Assembly (NCBI GenBank): GCA_963729875.1
Contig: CAVSPR010000006.1
Coordinates: 121,368-185,367 of the forward strand
DNA: 64,000 nt
From: an uncultured Acidobacteriota bacterium
GTDB taxonomy: Bacteria; Acidobacteriota; Vicinamibacteria; Fen-336
Reading direction: 5' to 3'
Of the stretch, positions 1-9,624 are shown piece after piece. Under the pieces are notes generated by a model. The model was not told the DNA's origin and ran no database searches. It worked only from the letters and a program-made list of their open reading frames with translations. Both the position numbers and the translations under genes were made by a program. Each line of letters begins with the position of its first letter. Position 1 is the first letter of the stretch.

Positions 1-33
1 AGCTGATGCGATAGTGGGCGAGGCTGCGGCCTA

Positions 34-2448
34 TCAACGGCCGTCTCCTGCGCGCGCCCTTTCGAGGCCCAGCTTTCGGACGAGCGCCACGAAGCGAGGC
101 TCCGAGCGGAGGGGGTCGAACGCCCGGTCCGCCCCGAGCCACCCGAGCCACTGCGAGTCGGTCGCGTGGGCCCGCTCCAGCAGGCCGAGGGCGCGGGCGT
201 GATCGCCCAGGCCGAGGTGAACGAGCGCGAGGTCGAACGAGGTGGGGGAGCCGCGCAGCGATCTCTTTTCCAGTGCCGAGAGCCCGGCCGCGGCGCGGGC
301 TCGATCGCCCGAGGCCCCGTGTGCGTAGGCGAGCCACGCGGAGACGAACGCCGGCGACCCCATGGCCTCGGCCTTCTGGAACGGCGCGACAGCGTCCCCG
401 ACCTTCCCGGCCTGGATCTCGATCCAGCCGGCGATCCACGGGGCCATGAACAAGGTCGAATCGAGGTCCGATGCCTTCTTCACGAGCTGGCGCGCCGACT
501 CGTAGTCTCCCTTCCAGGCGAACGCGAGGGTGGCGTCGAGGGGGATCTGGGGGGACAGCGGATCGAGCTCGGCGGCGCGCCTCCCCTCGGCGATCGCCTC
601 CTCGAGCCTTCCCTGGAACGCGAGCCCCATGCCGAACTGGTCGTGGGCGAGCGCGTAGCTCGGGTTCAGCGCCAGGGCCCGGCGGAACTCGGTCTCGCAG
701 CCCTCCCAGTCGTACTCGTACCAGAGCCTGAAGTTGGCGAGCGACGTGTGCGCCTCGGCCGAGGCGTCGTCCAGCTGGATGGCCCTCTCGGCGGCGGCCT
801 TCGCCCTGGGCCTGGCGTCCGAGGCGGTCAGGAATCCCTCGTTGTAGCCCGCCCAGAGGTAGGCGTCCGACAGCCCCGAGTGGGCCGGGGCGAACTCGGG
901 CTCGCGCGCGACCGCCTCCTCGAAGCGCGCGATCGCCTTCTGCAGGTTCTCGTCGCTCGGGCGGTTGTAGAAGTACCGGCCCTTCAGGTAGGCGTCGTAC
1001 GCCTCGGGGTCGACGCGGCGCGCTCTCGCCAGCCGGGACTCCTCGGCGGGAGTGAGCTGGACGTGGATCTCGCGCGCGATGGCGGAGGCCAGCTCGTCCT
1101 GCAGCGCGAGCACGTCGCGCGAGCTGCGCTCGAAGCTCCTGGCCCACAGGTGCCGATCGGCCCGGGCATCGATCAGCTGGGCCGTGACCCTCACCCTCTC
1201 GCCGGATCGGAGGATCGAGCCCTCCACGATCGCGTCGACGTCCAGCGTCTTCGCGATCTCGGGCGTGGGCGGCCGATGCGCACCCTTGAACTGCATCGCC
1301 GAGCCGCGCGAGATCACGCGGAGCTGGCTGATGGTGGCGAGCTGCGCGGTCAGCTCGTCGGTCATCCCCTCGGCGAAGTACTCCTGGCTCGAGTCGCCCG
1401 AGTAGTTGTCGAGGGGGAGCACGGCGATCGAGCGGATCGCGCGCGGCGCCGGCGCGTCCCCCTCTGCGCGCGCGGCGGGCCGCCGGAGGCCGTGACGCGT
1501 GCCCAGGTACGCCGCCGCCGCCAGCAGGACCACGACCGCGCCGGCGATCGGGAGCGCGTGCGAACGCCAGCCCGGCCGGCGGCCTGGCTGCGGCGCGGCA
1601 CCACCCGCCATCGGAGAGCGCAACGCGGCGTGAACGTCCCGCATGCTCTGGAAGCGGGCGCCCGGGTCCTTCTCGAGGCAGCGGGTCACGACCCGCGTCA
1701 GCTCCGGCGGCAGGCCGGCACGAAGAGTCGTCAGGGCCGGGGGCGTGTCCCGCAGGATCGCGGAGGCGAGCTCGGCCGAGGAGCTTCCCTGAAACGGCCG
1801 CCGCCCGCTCGCCATCTCGTAGAGGAGGATCCCGAGGGAGAAGACGTCGGTCCTGTGGTCCACGGGCTTGCCCGACACCTGCTCGGGGGACATGTAAGGC
1901 ACTGTCCCCATCACGACGCCCTCGCGGGTGCGGAAGTCCGTGGCCACTTCGGACCCGACTGAGCCCTCGGCCGGCGGCTCGCCCATCCGAGCGAGACCGA
2001 AGTCGAGGACCTTGACGTGCCCGTCGCCCGTCACCATGACGTTGGCCGGCTTGAGGTCGCGGTGGACGATGCCCTTGTCGTGGGCGGCGGAAAGGGCCTC
2101 GGCGAGGGCGGTGGCGATGTCGAGGACCCGGCCGACCGGCAGCCCGCCCTCGGGGATGACGCGATCGAGGGGCTGGCCCTCGACGAGCTGCATCGTCAGG
2201 AAGTGGACGCCGTCGGCTTCCTCGACCGAGTGGACGGTCACGATGCCCGGGTGATCGAGGGAAGCGAGGGCCTTGGCCTCGCGCCGGAAGCGCTCCAGCC
2301 GTTCCGGCCTCGAGGCCGTCTCGGCGGGCAGCACCTTGAGGGCCACGTCGCGGCCGAGCTTCGTGTCGGTGGCGCGGTACACCTCACCCATGCCGCCGGC
2401 GCCGATCGCCGCGGTGATCCGGTAATGCGCGAGCGTCTGGCCGATCAG
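34..2448 (-). CDS. Hanks-type Ser/Thr protein kinase with TM helix, TolB-like domain and TPR repeats (probable CTG start)
   Basis: GAGGMGEVY, VALK, HRDLKPAN, DFG, YMSPEQ; TM LPIAGAVVVLLAAAAYL; SIAVLPLDNYSGD...EYFAEGMTDEL TolB-like motif; TPRs. AGGAG lies 7 nt upstream of CTG at 2448 (xIGQTLAHYRI start typical of the family). The ORF-track extension to 2943 is antisense to another gene. Confidence 0.92.
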   Translation of the reverse strand: MIGQTLAHYRITAAIGAGGMGEVYRATDTKLGRDVALKVLPAETASRPERLERFRREAKALASLDHPGIVTVHSVEEADGVHFLTMQLVEGQPLDRVIPEGGLPVGRVLDIATALAEALSAAHDKGIVHRDLKPANVMVTGDGHVKVLDFGLARMGEPPAEGSVGSEVATDFRTREGVVMGTVPYMSPEQVSGKPVDHRTDVFSLGILLYEMASGRRPFQGSSSAELASAILRDTPPALTTLRAGLPPELTRVVTRCLEKDPGARFQSMRDVHAALRSPMAGGAAPQPGRRPGWRSHALPIAGAVVVLLAAAAYLGTRHGLRRPAARAEGDAPAPRAIRSIAVLPLDNYSGDSSQEYFAEGMTDELTAQLATISQLRVISRGSAMQFKGAHRPPTPEIAKTLDVDAIVEGSILRSGERVRVTAQLIDARADRHLWARSFERSSRDVLALQDELASAIAREIHVQLTPAEESRLARARRVDPEAYDAYLKGRYFYNRPSDENLQKAIARFEEAVAREPEFAPAHSGLSDAYLWAGYNEGFLTASDARPRAKAAAERAIQLDDASAEAHTSLANFRLWYEYDWEGCETEFRRALALNPSYALAHDQFGMGLAFQGRLEEAIAEGRRAAELDPLSPQIPLDATLAFAWKGDYESARQLVKKASDLDSTLFMAPWIAGWIEIQAGKVGDAVAPFQKAEAMGSPAFVSAWLAYAHGASGDRARAAAGLSALEKRSLRGSPTSFDLALVHLGLGDHARALGLLERAHATDSQWLGWLGADRAFDPLRSEPRFVALVRKLGLERARAGDGR

Positions 2449-2559
2449 GGGCGAGCTCCTCCGGATCTGCGCGATGGCACGAACGACATGGGTGATTTGG
2501 CTGGCAGCAGGGGATTCTACAGCAGCCGGCCGGCTGGGGTAGTCTGGGTGGGAGGGGTC

Positions 2560-2949
2560 ATGCCTCGACGAGTGGATGCGCGCGACGTGCTGGACGCCGA
2601 TGCCACGACGAGTTGCGCGTTCGCGGGGCGGGTCGTCGGAGTCTTTCGGCGGAGCGGTCCCAACTCCTGGGATGACTACGTGCTGGTCGACGAGGACGGG
2701 GGGGCGATCGAGGTCTTCGCCGAGACCCCCATCCAGGTCGAGAGCGACGGCGCCTCGTTCCGGATGCGCCGCAAGGGCGAGGTCATCCGGGTGGCCTGGA
2801 CTCCCCAGGGCAGAGGGCGCGAGCCTGGCGACGACCTGCGCGCGCGGTTCTTGAAGTCGTGCGTGCGGGACGTGGACCCCACCCCGGAGGGCAACCTCGG
2901 TGCCTGGCTCCACGGCGAGCTCGACGAGAAGTCCGAGCCGCACGACTGA
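2560..2949 (+). CDS. hypothetical protein (129 aa)
   Basis: GGAGG SD before ATG 2560; GC3-rich codons; normal composition (MPRRVDARDVLD...). Confidence 0.65.
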   Translation: MPRRVDARDVLDADATTSCAFAGRVVGVFRRSGPNSWDDYVLVDEDGGAIEVFAETPIQVESDGASFRMRRKGEVIRVAWTPQGRGREPGDDLRARFLKSCVRDVDPTPEGNLGAWLHGELDEKSEPHD

Positions 2950-2985
2950 GGATGGACCGGCGCCCCGGATGGAATGCTGGCCGCC

Positions 2986-3315
2986 TCAGTCGAGGCCGAG
3001 CCACCGCCTCAGGCCGTCGTCGACGGCTTCGAGCTCCCGAGGATCGCACTCCCCGATCTCCCCGCTGATCGCGGCGCGCGGCACGCTGACGATCTTGTCG
3101 ATCATCACCTGCGAGACACCCTTGAGGCCCGTCCGGGGCCCGGGGGGCAGGGTGAGGCGAAACAGGGGAGCATCCACGCAATCGGAGGTGATCGGGCAGA
3201 CCGTGAGGCTGGCGTGCGTCGGGTTGAACAGGTCCGACTGCACGACCAGCGCCGGCCGGGGCTTGCCGGTGTAGGCGCCGCGCGCCGCGACGACGACGAT
3301 GGCGCCCCGTTTCAT
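2986..3315 (-). CDS. mazF: PemK/MazF-family endoribonuclease toxin
   Basis: MKRGAIVVV...GKPRPALVVQSD...VCPITS...MIDKIVSV; ATGA overlap with the upstream antitoxin. Confidence 0.9.
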   Translation of the reverse strand: MKRGAIVVVAARGAYTGKPRPALVVQSDLFNPTHASLTVCPITSDCVDAPLFRLTLPPGPRTGLKGVSQVMIDKIVSVPRAAISGEIGECDPRELEAVDDGLRRWLGLD

Positions 3316-3578
3316 TTCCAGCCCCGGTCGTCCGCGACCACGGCGACGAGGGCGAGCGCCTCGCTCTCCGAGACGCGGCCGCTGACGAGCAACGACTGAC
3401 GGCGAGCCTCGCGAGCCGGATCCTCCGGGGCCGGACCTCCGCCGAAGGCGCCTTGCAGCACGTCTCGCAGGACGGCGCTCTTCGTCCGGCGCCGGCGGCG
3501 GGCCTCGCTCTCGATGCGGCGGTCGAGGTCGGACGGCACGCGAAGGGTCAAGACGGTGGACCTCTGTGGGCGGGGCAT
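3312..3578 (-). CDS. ribbon-helix-helix (CopG-like) antitoxin, MazE-like
   Basis: VLTLRVPSDLDRRIESEARRRRRTKSAVLRDVL RHH pattern; C-terminal EARRQSLLVS; translationally coupled to mazF; TATACT -10 at 3600-3605. Confidence 0.85.
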   Translation of the reverse strand: MPRPQRSTVLTLRVPSDLDRRIESEARRRRRTKSAVLRDVLQGAFGGGPAPEDPAREARRQSLLVSGRVSESEALALVAVVADDRGWK

Positions 3579-3867
3579 TCGCATCTCCAACTACACTACA
3601 GTATACACTGAGGTCAGGGGACCCCTCGAGCGCCTTCCGTGGGATCGGCGGCAGGGGCCTGGGGGGGAGGCGTTCGGCCCCTCTGGCCGTAGAATTCAAC
3701 CCGATGGGCGGCTGGCGGCACCTGGCACAAGTGACAGCTACTCGACCCGTCCGGCCCTGCATAGGATGAGCCTGCTCAGGCGGAACACGTCGAGGACGTG
3801 CGAGTGAGCCCAGCGTGGCGCGGAACGCATCGGGCGTGCCGCGAGTACGGACGACGAGGAGGGCGAC

Positions 3868-4116
3868 ATGAACTGGATCGTGACGATCGTGGTCGGCGGC
3901 ATCATCGGGTGGCTGGCCAGCATCCTCATGAAGACGAACGCGCAGATGGGCCTCATCGCCAACGTGATCGTCGGCATCGTCGGCTCGAGCATCGGCTTCT
4001 GGCTGGCCGGCGTGCTGGGGCTGACGACCTACGGGCCCATCCTGCCGTGGGTCGTGGGGGTGATCGGCGCCGCGCTGCTGATCTTCATCCTGAAGGCGAT
4101 CGGCGTCTTCAAGTAG
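3868..4116 (+). CDS. GlsB/YeaQ/YmgE family (transglycosylase-associated) small membrane protein
   Basis: IVVGGIIGWLAS...NVIVGIVGS...VIGAALL; three TM helices; GAGG SD. Confidence 0.9.
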   Translation: MNWIVTIVVGGIIGWLASILMKTNAQMGLIANVIVGIVGSSIGFWLAGVLGLTTYGPILPWVVGVIGAALLIFILKAIGVFK

Positions 4117-4273
4117 AGCGCGGCTCGCGGTCACGATGCGCGTGAGCTTCGTCCTCCAGGACTAGCCCAGCCCGCCGGAGGGGCCGAGCCAGCCTGCCGG
4201 CTGGTGCATGGGCCCCATTGACGGCTGCCGCTCCGGGGCGGCAGTGTGCCCGAGCGGAGGTGCGGCAGCATCG

Positions 4274-5419
4274 ATGGGGAGTCCGAGCCGGGTCGAGCGC
4301 CTCGAGGTGAGCGTGGCCGGGACCGGGCTCGCCCTGCTCACGTGGGTGGGTGGGTCCGGCCCGGGCGCCGTCGAGGAAGAGGCGGAGCGGGCGTACGCGC
4401 GGCTCGACGAAGCCCTGCGCGAGCACGGGTGCGTGCCCGTGCAGGAGCGGGCCTTTGGAGACCTCGCCGCGGCGCCAGGCCTGGCCCGGGGACGCGCCCG
4501 GGCGGTGGGGGCGTCCGCGGGGTGGGACGTGCCAACCACCTTCGTCGAGGGTTCCCCCGTCGGCCGGCGAGGCCTCGCCGGCATCCACGTCTTCGGGGCG
4601 CGCGGCGTGTCCCGTCTCGTGGCCGAGGGCGAACAGGTCCTCGGCCGCGTGGTGGAGGGGGAGCACGCGCGCCTCCTCGGGCTCGCGGACGTGGGGCGCA
4701 GGTCGGCCGGGCGTCCGGCGGCGGGGCCCGCGGAGGAGGCGGCGGCCGCGATGGAGACGGCGGAAGGCCTGCTTTCCCGGGCCGGCTTCTCCTTCAGGGA
4801 CGTCGCGCGCACCTGGTTCTACCTTCGAGACATCCTGGGCTGGTACGACCGCTTCAACGCTGTGCGCCACGCCGCCTTCCTCCACGCCGGTCTCATGGGG
4901 ACGGGCGCGGACGGAAGGCTCCCGGCGAGCACCGGCATCGGGGGGCGCGGCCCCCGGGGTGGCTGGTGCACCCTCGACCTGCTGGCGGTACAAACGACGG
5001 GCGGTGCCCACGAACGAATGGAGCGGCTCCACGGGGGCCTCCAGAACGAGGCGACCGAGTACGGGTCGGACTTCTCGCGCGCCGTGCGGGTCTCCCTCGG
5101 CGGCGCGCGCTGCATCTTCGTCTCGGGGACGGCCGCGATCGGCGGCCAGGGGTCGAGCGTGCACGCCGGGGATTTCGAGGCCCAGGTCCTCCACACGCTG
5201 GAGGCCGTGGGAGCGCTGCTGGAGGAAGCGGGGGCCCGGCTCTCCGACGTCGCCCAGGCCACCGCCTTCTTGAAGAACCCCGCGGACGGGCCCGCCCTCG
5301 AGCGCGTCCTGGAGCGCGCCGGCCTCGCCGGTCTCCCCGTCGTGCCGGTGGTTGCGGACGTCTGCCGCGACGAGCTGCTGTTCGAGCTCGACGCCACCGT
5401 GGTGGAGGCGGTCCGTTGA
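4274..5419 (+). CDS. tandem RidA/YjgF-fold protein, FkbO/Hyg5 chorismatase-like (start uncertain, 4208 or 4274)
   Basis: VARTWFYLRDI, PASTGIG, YGSDFSRA, IFVSGTAAI, ADVCRDELLFELDA. Confidence 0.8.
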   Translation: MGSPSRVERLEVSVAGTGLALLTWVGGSGPGAVEEEAERAYARLDEALREHGCVPVQERAFGDLAAAPGLARGRARAVGASAGWDVPTTFVEGSPVGRRGLAGIHVFGARGVSRLVAEGEQVLGRVVEGEHARLLGLADVGRRSAGRPAAGPAEEAAAAMETAEGLLSRAGFSFRDVARTWFYLRDILGWYDRFNAVRHAAFLHAGLMGTGADGRLPASTGIGGRGPRGGWCTLDLLAVQTTGGAHERMERLHGGLQNEATEYGSDFSRAVRVSLGGARCIFVSGTAAIGGQGSSVHAGDFEAQVLHTLEAVGALLEEAGARLSDVAQATAFLKNPADGPALERVLERAGLAGLPVVPVVADVCRDELLFELDATVVEAVR

Positions 5420-5433
5420 AGCGGAGGACGACG

Positions 5434-6645
5434 ATGGCGTTCGACTTCGAAAAAGCGCTGCGCCGCAGGATCGAGCAGCACACGGAGCTCGTCGAGCGGA
5501 AGAACCACCGCCTCAAGGAGGGCAACGGCGTCCTCGACCGGTGGGAGAACCCGGTGCTGACCGCCGCCCACGCGCCGATCTTCTGGCGCTACGACCTCGA
5601 CCGACGGCGCAACCCGCTGCTGCTCGAGCGGCTCGGAGTGCAGGCGGTCTCCGGCGCGGGGGCCATCGAGTGGAACGGCAAGATCTGCCTCGTGGCGCGC
5701 GTCGAGGGGACCGATCGCAAGAGCTTCTTCGCGGTGGCGGAGAGCGACAACGGGGTCGACGGCTTCCGCTTCTGGGACCACCCGGTGGTGCTGCCGGAGA
5801 CGGAAGTCCCCGACACGAACGTCTGCGACGTGCGCCTCACCACCCACGAGGACGGGTGGATCTACGGCCTGTTCTGCACCGAGCGGAAGGACCCGTCCGC
5901 CCCGCCCGGCGACACACAGGCGGCGGTCGTCCGGGCGGGGATCGCCCGCACGAAGGACCTCGTGAGGTGGGAGCGCCTGCCCGATCTCCAGTCCCGGTCT
6001 TCCCGGCAGGGGAGCGTGGTCCTCCACCCCGAGCTCGTGAAGGGCCGCTACGCCCTCTACACGGGGCCGCGGGGAGGCTTCGTCGAGGCGGGGGACGGGG
6101 GCGGGATCGGCTTCGCCCTGTGCGAGACGATGGAGGGGGCGGAGATCGGCGAGGAGACGCTCCTCGACCCGCGGGCCTACCACACGGTCCAGGAGGCGGG
6201 GAACGCGGCGGGCGCCCCGCCCCTGCGGACGCCGAAGGGGTGGCTGCACGTCGCCCACGGGGTGCGGCGGACCGCGGCCGGCCCGCGCTGCGTGCTCCAC
6301 GCTTTCCTCTGCGACCTCGAGGACCCATCGAAGGTGATCGCACGCCCCGGCGGCTGCCTGCTGGCCCCGGAAGGCGAGGAGCGCGTGGGCGACGTCCCCA
6401 ACGTGGTCTGCTGCAACGGCGCGGTGGCGAGGGCCTCGGGCGAGGTCCTGCTCTACTACGGCAGCTCCGACACCCGGGTGCACGTCGCGACCACGACCGT
6501 GGAGCGCCTGCTCGACTACGTCCTGCACACGCCCGAGGACCCGCTGCGCTCTTTCGCCTGCGTCGAGCAGCGGATGGCCCTCATCGAGCGGAATCTGAAG
6601 CTGCTGTCGCGGACGAAGGGAAAGGCCTACCGGGGCCTGCAGTAG
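5434..6645 (+). CDS. GH130 glycoside phosphorylase/hydrolase homolog (4-O-beta-D-mannosyl-D-glucose phosphorylase-like), active site degenerate
   Basis: NPVLTAAHAPIFWRYDL, ARVEGTDRKSFFAVAES, HEDGWIYGLFCTERKD, EERVGDVPNV, YYGSSDTR; GGAGG SD. Confidence 0.9.
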   Translation: MAFDFEKALRRRIEQHTELVERKNHRLKEGNGVLDRWENPVLTAAHAPIFWRYDLDRRRNPLLLERLGVQAVSGAGAIEWNGKICLVARVEGTDRKSFFAVAESDNGVDGFRFWDHPVVLPETEVPDTNVCDVRLTTHEDGWIYGLFCTERKDPSAPPGDTQAAVVRAGIARTKDLVRWERLPDLQSRSSRQGSVVLHPELVKGRYALYTGPRGGFVEAGDGGGIGFALCETMEGAEIGEETLLDPRAYHTVQEAGNAAGAPPLRTPKGWLHVAHGVRRTAAGPRCVLHAFLCDLEDPSKVIARPGGCLLAPEGEERVGDVPNVVCCNGAVARASGEVLLYYGSSDTRVHVATTTVERLLDYVLHTPEDPLRSFACVEQRMALIERNLKLLSRTKGKAYRGLQ

Positions 6646-6688
6646 GACCGTTCGTGGTTGAATGCCGCCTGCAAGAAGGAGAACCAGC

Positions 6689-7543
6689 ATGACGACCCGT
6701 CGTTCTTTCCTGGGAGCGATGACCGGCGGCGCGGCGGCCGCCGCGGCGGTCCGCGGCCGGGCTCTTGCCGCCGGCGGCGTGAAGCCGCCCCTCGCCCTGC
6801 AGCTCTACAGCCTGCGCGCAACGCTCGAGAAGGACGTGCCGGGCGTGCTCGCCCAGGTCAAGGGCTGGGGCTTCGACGAGGTCGAAACCTACGGCGCGTT
6901 CGGGGCGGAGATCGCGGCGCCGCTGAAGGCGGCGGGCCTCAAGGTGTGCGCGATGCACGTCGGGTCCGAGCGGCTCCAGAAGGACATGGCCGGCGTCCTG
7001 CGGGACGCCGACGCGGTGGGCGCCGGCACGATCATCAACCCGTCCCTGCCGCACGAGGCGCCCCAGGCGACGCGCGAGGAGATCCTCACCACCGCCGCCC
7101 TCTTCCGGGAGTGGTCGAAGGCGTGCCGGGCGGCGGGCAAGCGCTTCGCCTACCACACCCACGGCCAGGAGTTCGCTCCCGCGCCGGAGGGGACGCTCTT
7201 CGACGTGCTCACGAAGGAGTCCGGGCCGGACGTCGGCATCGAGCTCGACGTCTACTGGGCCGCATACGGCGGGGGCGACCCCGTCGCGATCATGAAGGCG
7301 TACCCGGGGCGCGTCTGGTTCACCCACCTCAAGGACATGGCGAAGGGCATGGCGCCCCTCTCCGAGGCCGCCCGCGGCGAGGAGGCGAAGGTGGTCCTGG
7401 GCACGGGTGTCCTCGACATCAAAGGGATCGTGGCCGCCGGGGCGAAGGCCGGCGTCGAGCGGCACATCATCGAGGACGAGAGCGCCGACCCCGCGGGCCA
7501 GATCCCGAGGAGCGTGGCGTACTACCGCTCCCTCCCGGCGTAG
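6689..7543 (+). CDS. Tat-exported sugar phosphate isomerase/epimerase (xylose isomerase-like TIM barrel)
   Basis: TRRSFLG twin-arginine signal; LQLYSLR, YHTHGQEF, ELDVYW, HLKD, IIEDE. Confidence 0.9.
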   Translation: MTTRRSFLGAMTGGAAAAAAVRGRALAAGGVKPPLALQLYSLRATLEKDVPGVLAQVKGWGFDEVETYGAFGAEIAAPLKAAGLKVCAMHVGSERLQKDMAGVLRDADAVGAGTIINPSLPHEAPQATREEILTTAALFREWSKACRAAGKRFAYHTHGQEFAPAPEGTLFDVLTKESGPDVGIELDVYWAAYGGGDPVAIMKAYPGRVWFTHLKDMAKGMAPLSEAARGEEAKVVLGTGVLDIKGIVAAGAKAGVERHIIEDESADPAGQIPRSVAYYRSLPA

Positions 7544-7546
7544 CCC

Positions 7547-8884
7547 CTACCGGTCCTGGCCGTTGAGCGAGACGGCGAAGGAGAACGTCCACCGGCTGAA
7601 CTTCGCCTCGGTTGCCGTTGCCGTGCCGTCGCGGCTGGGCGGCGTGATCGTCTGGGGCACGACCTCGCTGCCCCAGGCGTAGCCCACGCCGAGGGCCAGG
7701 CGGCCGCGGCGGCGGGTGAAGCTCACCCCGACCGTCACGTCCACGAGGTCCCAGGTGGCGAGGGTCTCGGACTCCGGCTGCCAGGCCGAGGCGTTCCGCG
7801 CGGCCCCGCCGTAGAGCGTGAACCGCTCGCTCAGCCGCCGCTCGAAGCCGACGCCGAAGTTCACGACGCTGTTCGCCGCGCCCCGGAACGTGAGCGGGAT
7901 CGTGGTCGTGCTGCCCGCCACCGGGGCGGGCTCCGGGGTCAGGATGTCGTAGGGGGCCACGGCCGAGAACCACTCGGCCGTGGTGTGGACCGCGGTGCGC
8001 TCGCCCCTCCAGGTCGCTCCCCCGGCCACCGACCACGGTGAGTGGAAGTCGGCGTCGAGGCCATCCTGGGTGGAGGCCGAAACGAACGGCGCCGACGCCA
8101 CGCCGGCGACCGTCGCGTTGAAGACCGACTTGCCGTCGCTCCAGACCCGGATGCCGGGGGTGGTCACGGTGGCGCCGAGCTCCCAGTGGCCCGGCCGCCA
8201 CGCGACCCCGGCCTTCGCCAGCAGCCGCCCGTGGTTGTACTCGTTCTCCCGCGCGACGAACGCGGCGCTCACGGCGCCGGCCGCCAGGGACTCCACGGTC
8301 AGCGAGCGGCGGCTGCGCTGGCTGCGGAATGCGACGAAGGGCGAGACGCCGAACGCGAGCCGCTCTTTCACGCGGTGGGACCAGGTGCCGCCGACCCAGT
8401 ACTCGACAACGCGCTGCCGCACCCGGCCGAACCCGGCCGTGGCGTCGGGGGAGCCGGCCGAGACCTGAGCGTCGCTGAAGCCGAGGTCCCAGTCGGTGTC
8501 GTGGCGGGCCAGGAAGGCGAAGGCGAAGTGGTCCGCCTGGCCGCGACTCGCGCCGATGTGCCCGGCCACCATCGACGGCACGACGTCGAAGACGGAGCTG
8601 TCGAAGTCGAGGTTGCGCCCGGCGGCGTCCTTGGCCTGGATCGACGCGAGCTCGACCGAGGTGAGGCCGAAGAGGAAGCGGGGCTCCTGGATGAGGGAGA
8701 GGGCCGCCGGGTTGTAGTAGACGGCCGAGAGGTCGCTCACTCCGCCGACGAGGGTGCCCTCGGTCAGCTGCCCGACCGGCCCGTAGCCGTACGTCCAGTA
8801 GTGGGCGTCCTGGGCCGCGGCTCCCGAGGGCCAGGCGAGGGCGGCGAGCAGGATCGCCGCGGCCGCCGTCGATCGCTGGGTCAC
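7547..8884 (-). CDS. outer-membrane beta-barrel protein, FadL/OmpP1-like
   Basis: Signal peptide; DLSAVYYNPAAL motif; alternating beta-strand pattern. Confidence 0.75.
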   Translation of the reverse strand: MTQRSTAAAAILLAALAWPSGAAAQDAHYWTYGYGPVGQLTEGTLVGGVSDLSAVYYNPAALSLIQEPRFLFGLTSVELASIQAKDAAGRNLDFDSSVFDVVPSMVAGHIGASRGQADHFAFAFLARHDTDWDLGFSDAQVSAGSPDATAGFGRVRQRVVEYWVGGTWSHRVKERLAFGVSPFVAFRSQRSRRSLTVESLAAGAVSAAFVARENEYNHGRLLAKAGVAWRPGHWELGATVTTPGIRVWSDGKSVFNATVAGVASAPFVSASTQDGLDADFHSPWSVAGGATWRGERTAVHTTAEWFSAVAPYDILTPEPAPVAGSTTTIPLTFRGAANSVVNFGVGFERRLSERFTLYGGAARNASAWQPESETLATWDLVDVTVGVSFTRRRGRLALGVGYAWGSEVVPQTITPPSRDGTATATEAKFSRWTFSFAVSLNGQDR

Positions 8885-8911
8885 ACAGCTCTCCGGTTCA
8901 AAGGCGACGCG

Positions 8912-8940
8912 ATGTTAGGCGGGACTGCCCGGGCCTTCAA
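8912..8940 (-). promoter_or_regulatory. putative sigma70 promoter of the FadL-like gene
   Basis: TTGAAG-17 nt-TAACAT on the minus strand, about 28 nt before the GTG. Confidence 0.5.
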
Positions 8941-9032
8941 CTGGCAAACGTACCAAGATCGCGCCGCACGATGCCGAGCACGGCGTCCGCGGCAAAGCCG
9001 GGTCGGCCGAGCCCGGGAGGGACCCCGGCGCG

Positions 9033-9566
9033 TCAGTCGTGGGCCGGAGGCGTCAGCGAGGGGACCGGAGGCGGCGGCGAGACGGGGGCCGCGAGGTCGG
9101 AGTTGAAGATGTCGAGGACGACTTTCCAGGTCCCGTCGCGCTGCTTGCGCCAGATCTCGACGTACTTGCCGGTGTCCCCGACGGGCTCGGCGGCTCCCGA
9201 AGGCAGCACGGTCAGCTGGTACGCCCCGTGGACGTAGGCGAAGTCGTTGTGGCCCTCGATGGCGAGGGTCGTGTACCGGACCGCCTGGATGGACCCGTAG
9301 GAACGGTAGAAGGCCACGATCGCGTCCCGGCCCGTCACCGTCGCGTGGTTGGGGGGGAGGACCCTGGCGCCCTCGGCGTAGTACAGCTTCACGTAGCCGT
9401 CCACGTCCGAGGTCGGAGGGTTGGCCGTCCGAAGCGCCTGGTCGACGACCTCGCGGATCTTGTCCTTGTCGGGCTCGGAGAGGTGCCCTCCAACGCCGGT
9501 GTGGCAGGAGAGAAGCGCGGCGCAGGCGAGGCCTGCGACCGCGAGGGGCAGGGCGGTGTGCTTCAT
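9033..9566 (-). CDS. NTF2/SnoaL-like (DUF4440/YybH) lipoprotein
   Basis: Lipobox LLSC; YAEGARVLPPN...GRDAI; GKYVEIWRKQRDGTWKVVLDIFNSD. Confidence 0.85.
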   Translation of the reverse strand: MKHTALPLAVAGLACAALLSCHTGVGGHLSEPDKDKIREVVDQALRTANPPTSDVDGYVKLYYAEGARVLPPNHATVTGRDAIVAFYRSYGSIQAVRYTTLAIEGHNDFAYVHGAYQLTVLPSGAAEPVGDTGKYVEIWRKQRDGTWKVVLDIFNSDLAAPVSPPPPVPSLTPPAHD

Positions 9567-9594
9567 CTCGGCCCTCCTGGATCGTGTCAGGGGG

Positions 9595-9624
9595 AAGCTA
9601 CGCCCGCGGGTCGAGGGCTGTCAA
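9595..9624 (-). promoter_or_regulatory. putative sigma70 promoter
   Basis: TTGACA-18 nt-TAGCTT on the minus strand; the -35 overlaps the stop codon of the upstream gene. Confidence 0.55.

Noticed and set aside
2449-2943. N-terminal extension of the kinase ORF
   Set aside because: Antisense to the 2560-2949 gene and overlaps a likely -10 (TAGAAT, 2514-2519)
3723-3738. TGGCAC as a sigma54 promoter for the GlsB-family gene
   Set aside because: No TTGC at the -12 position
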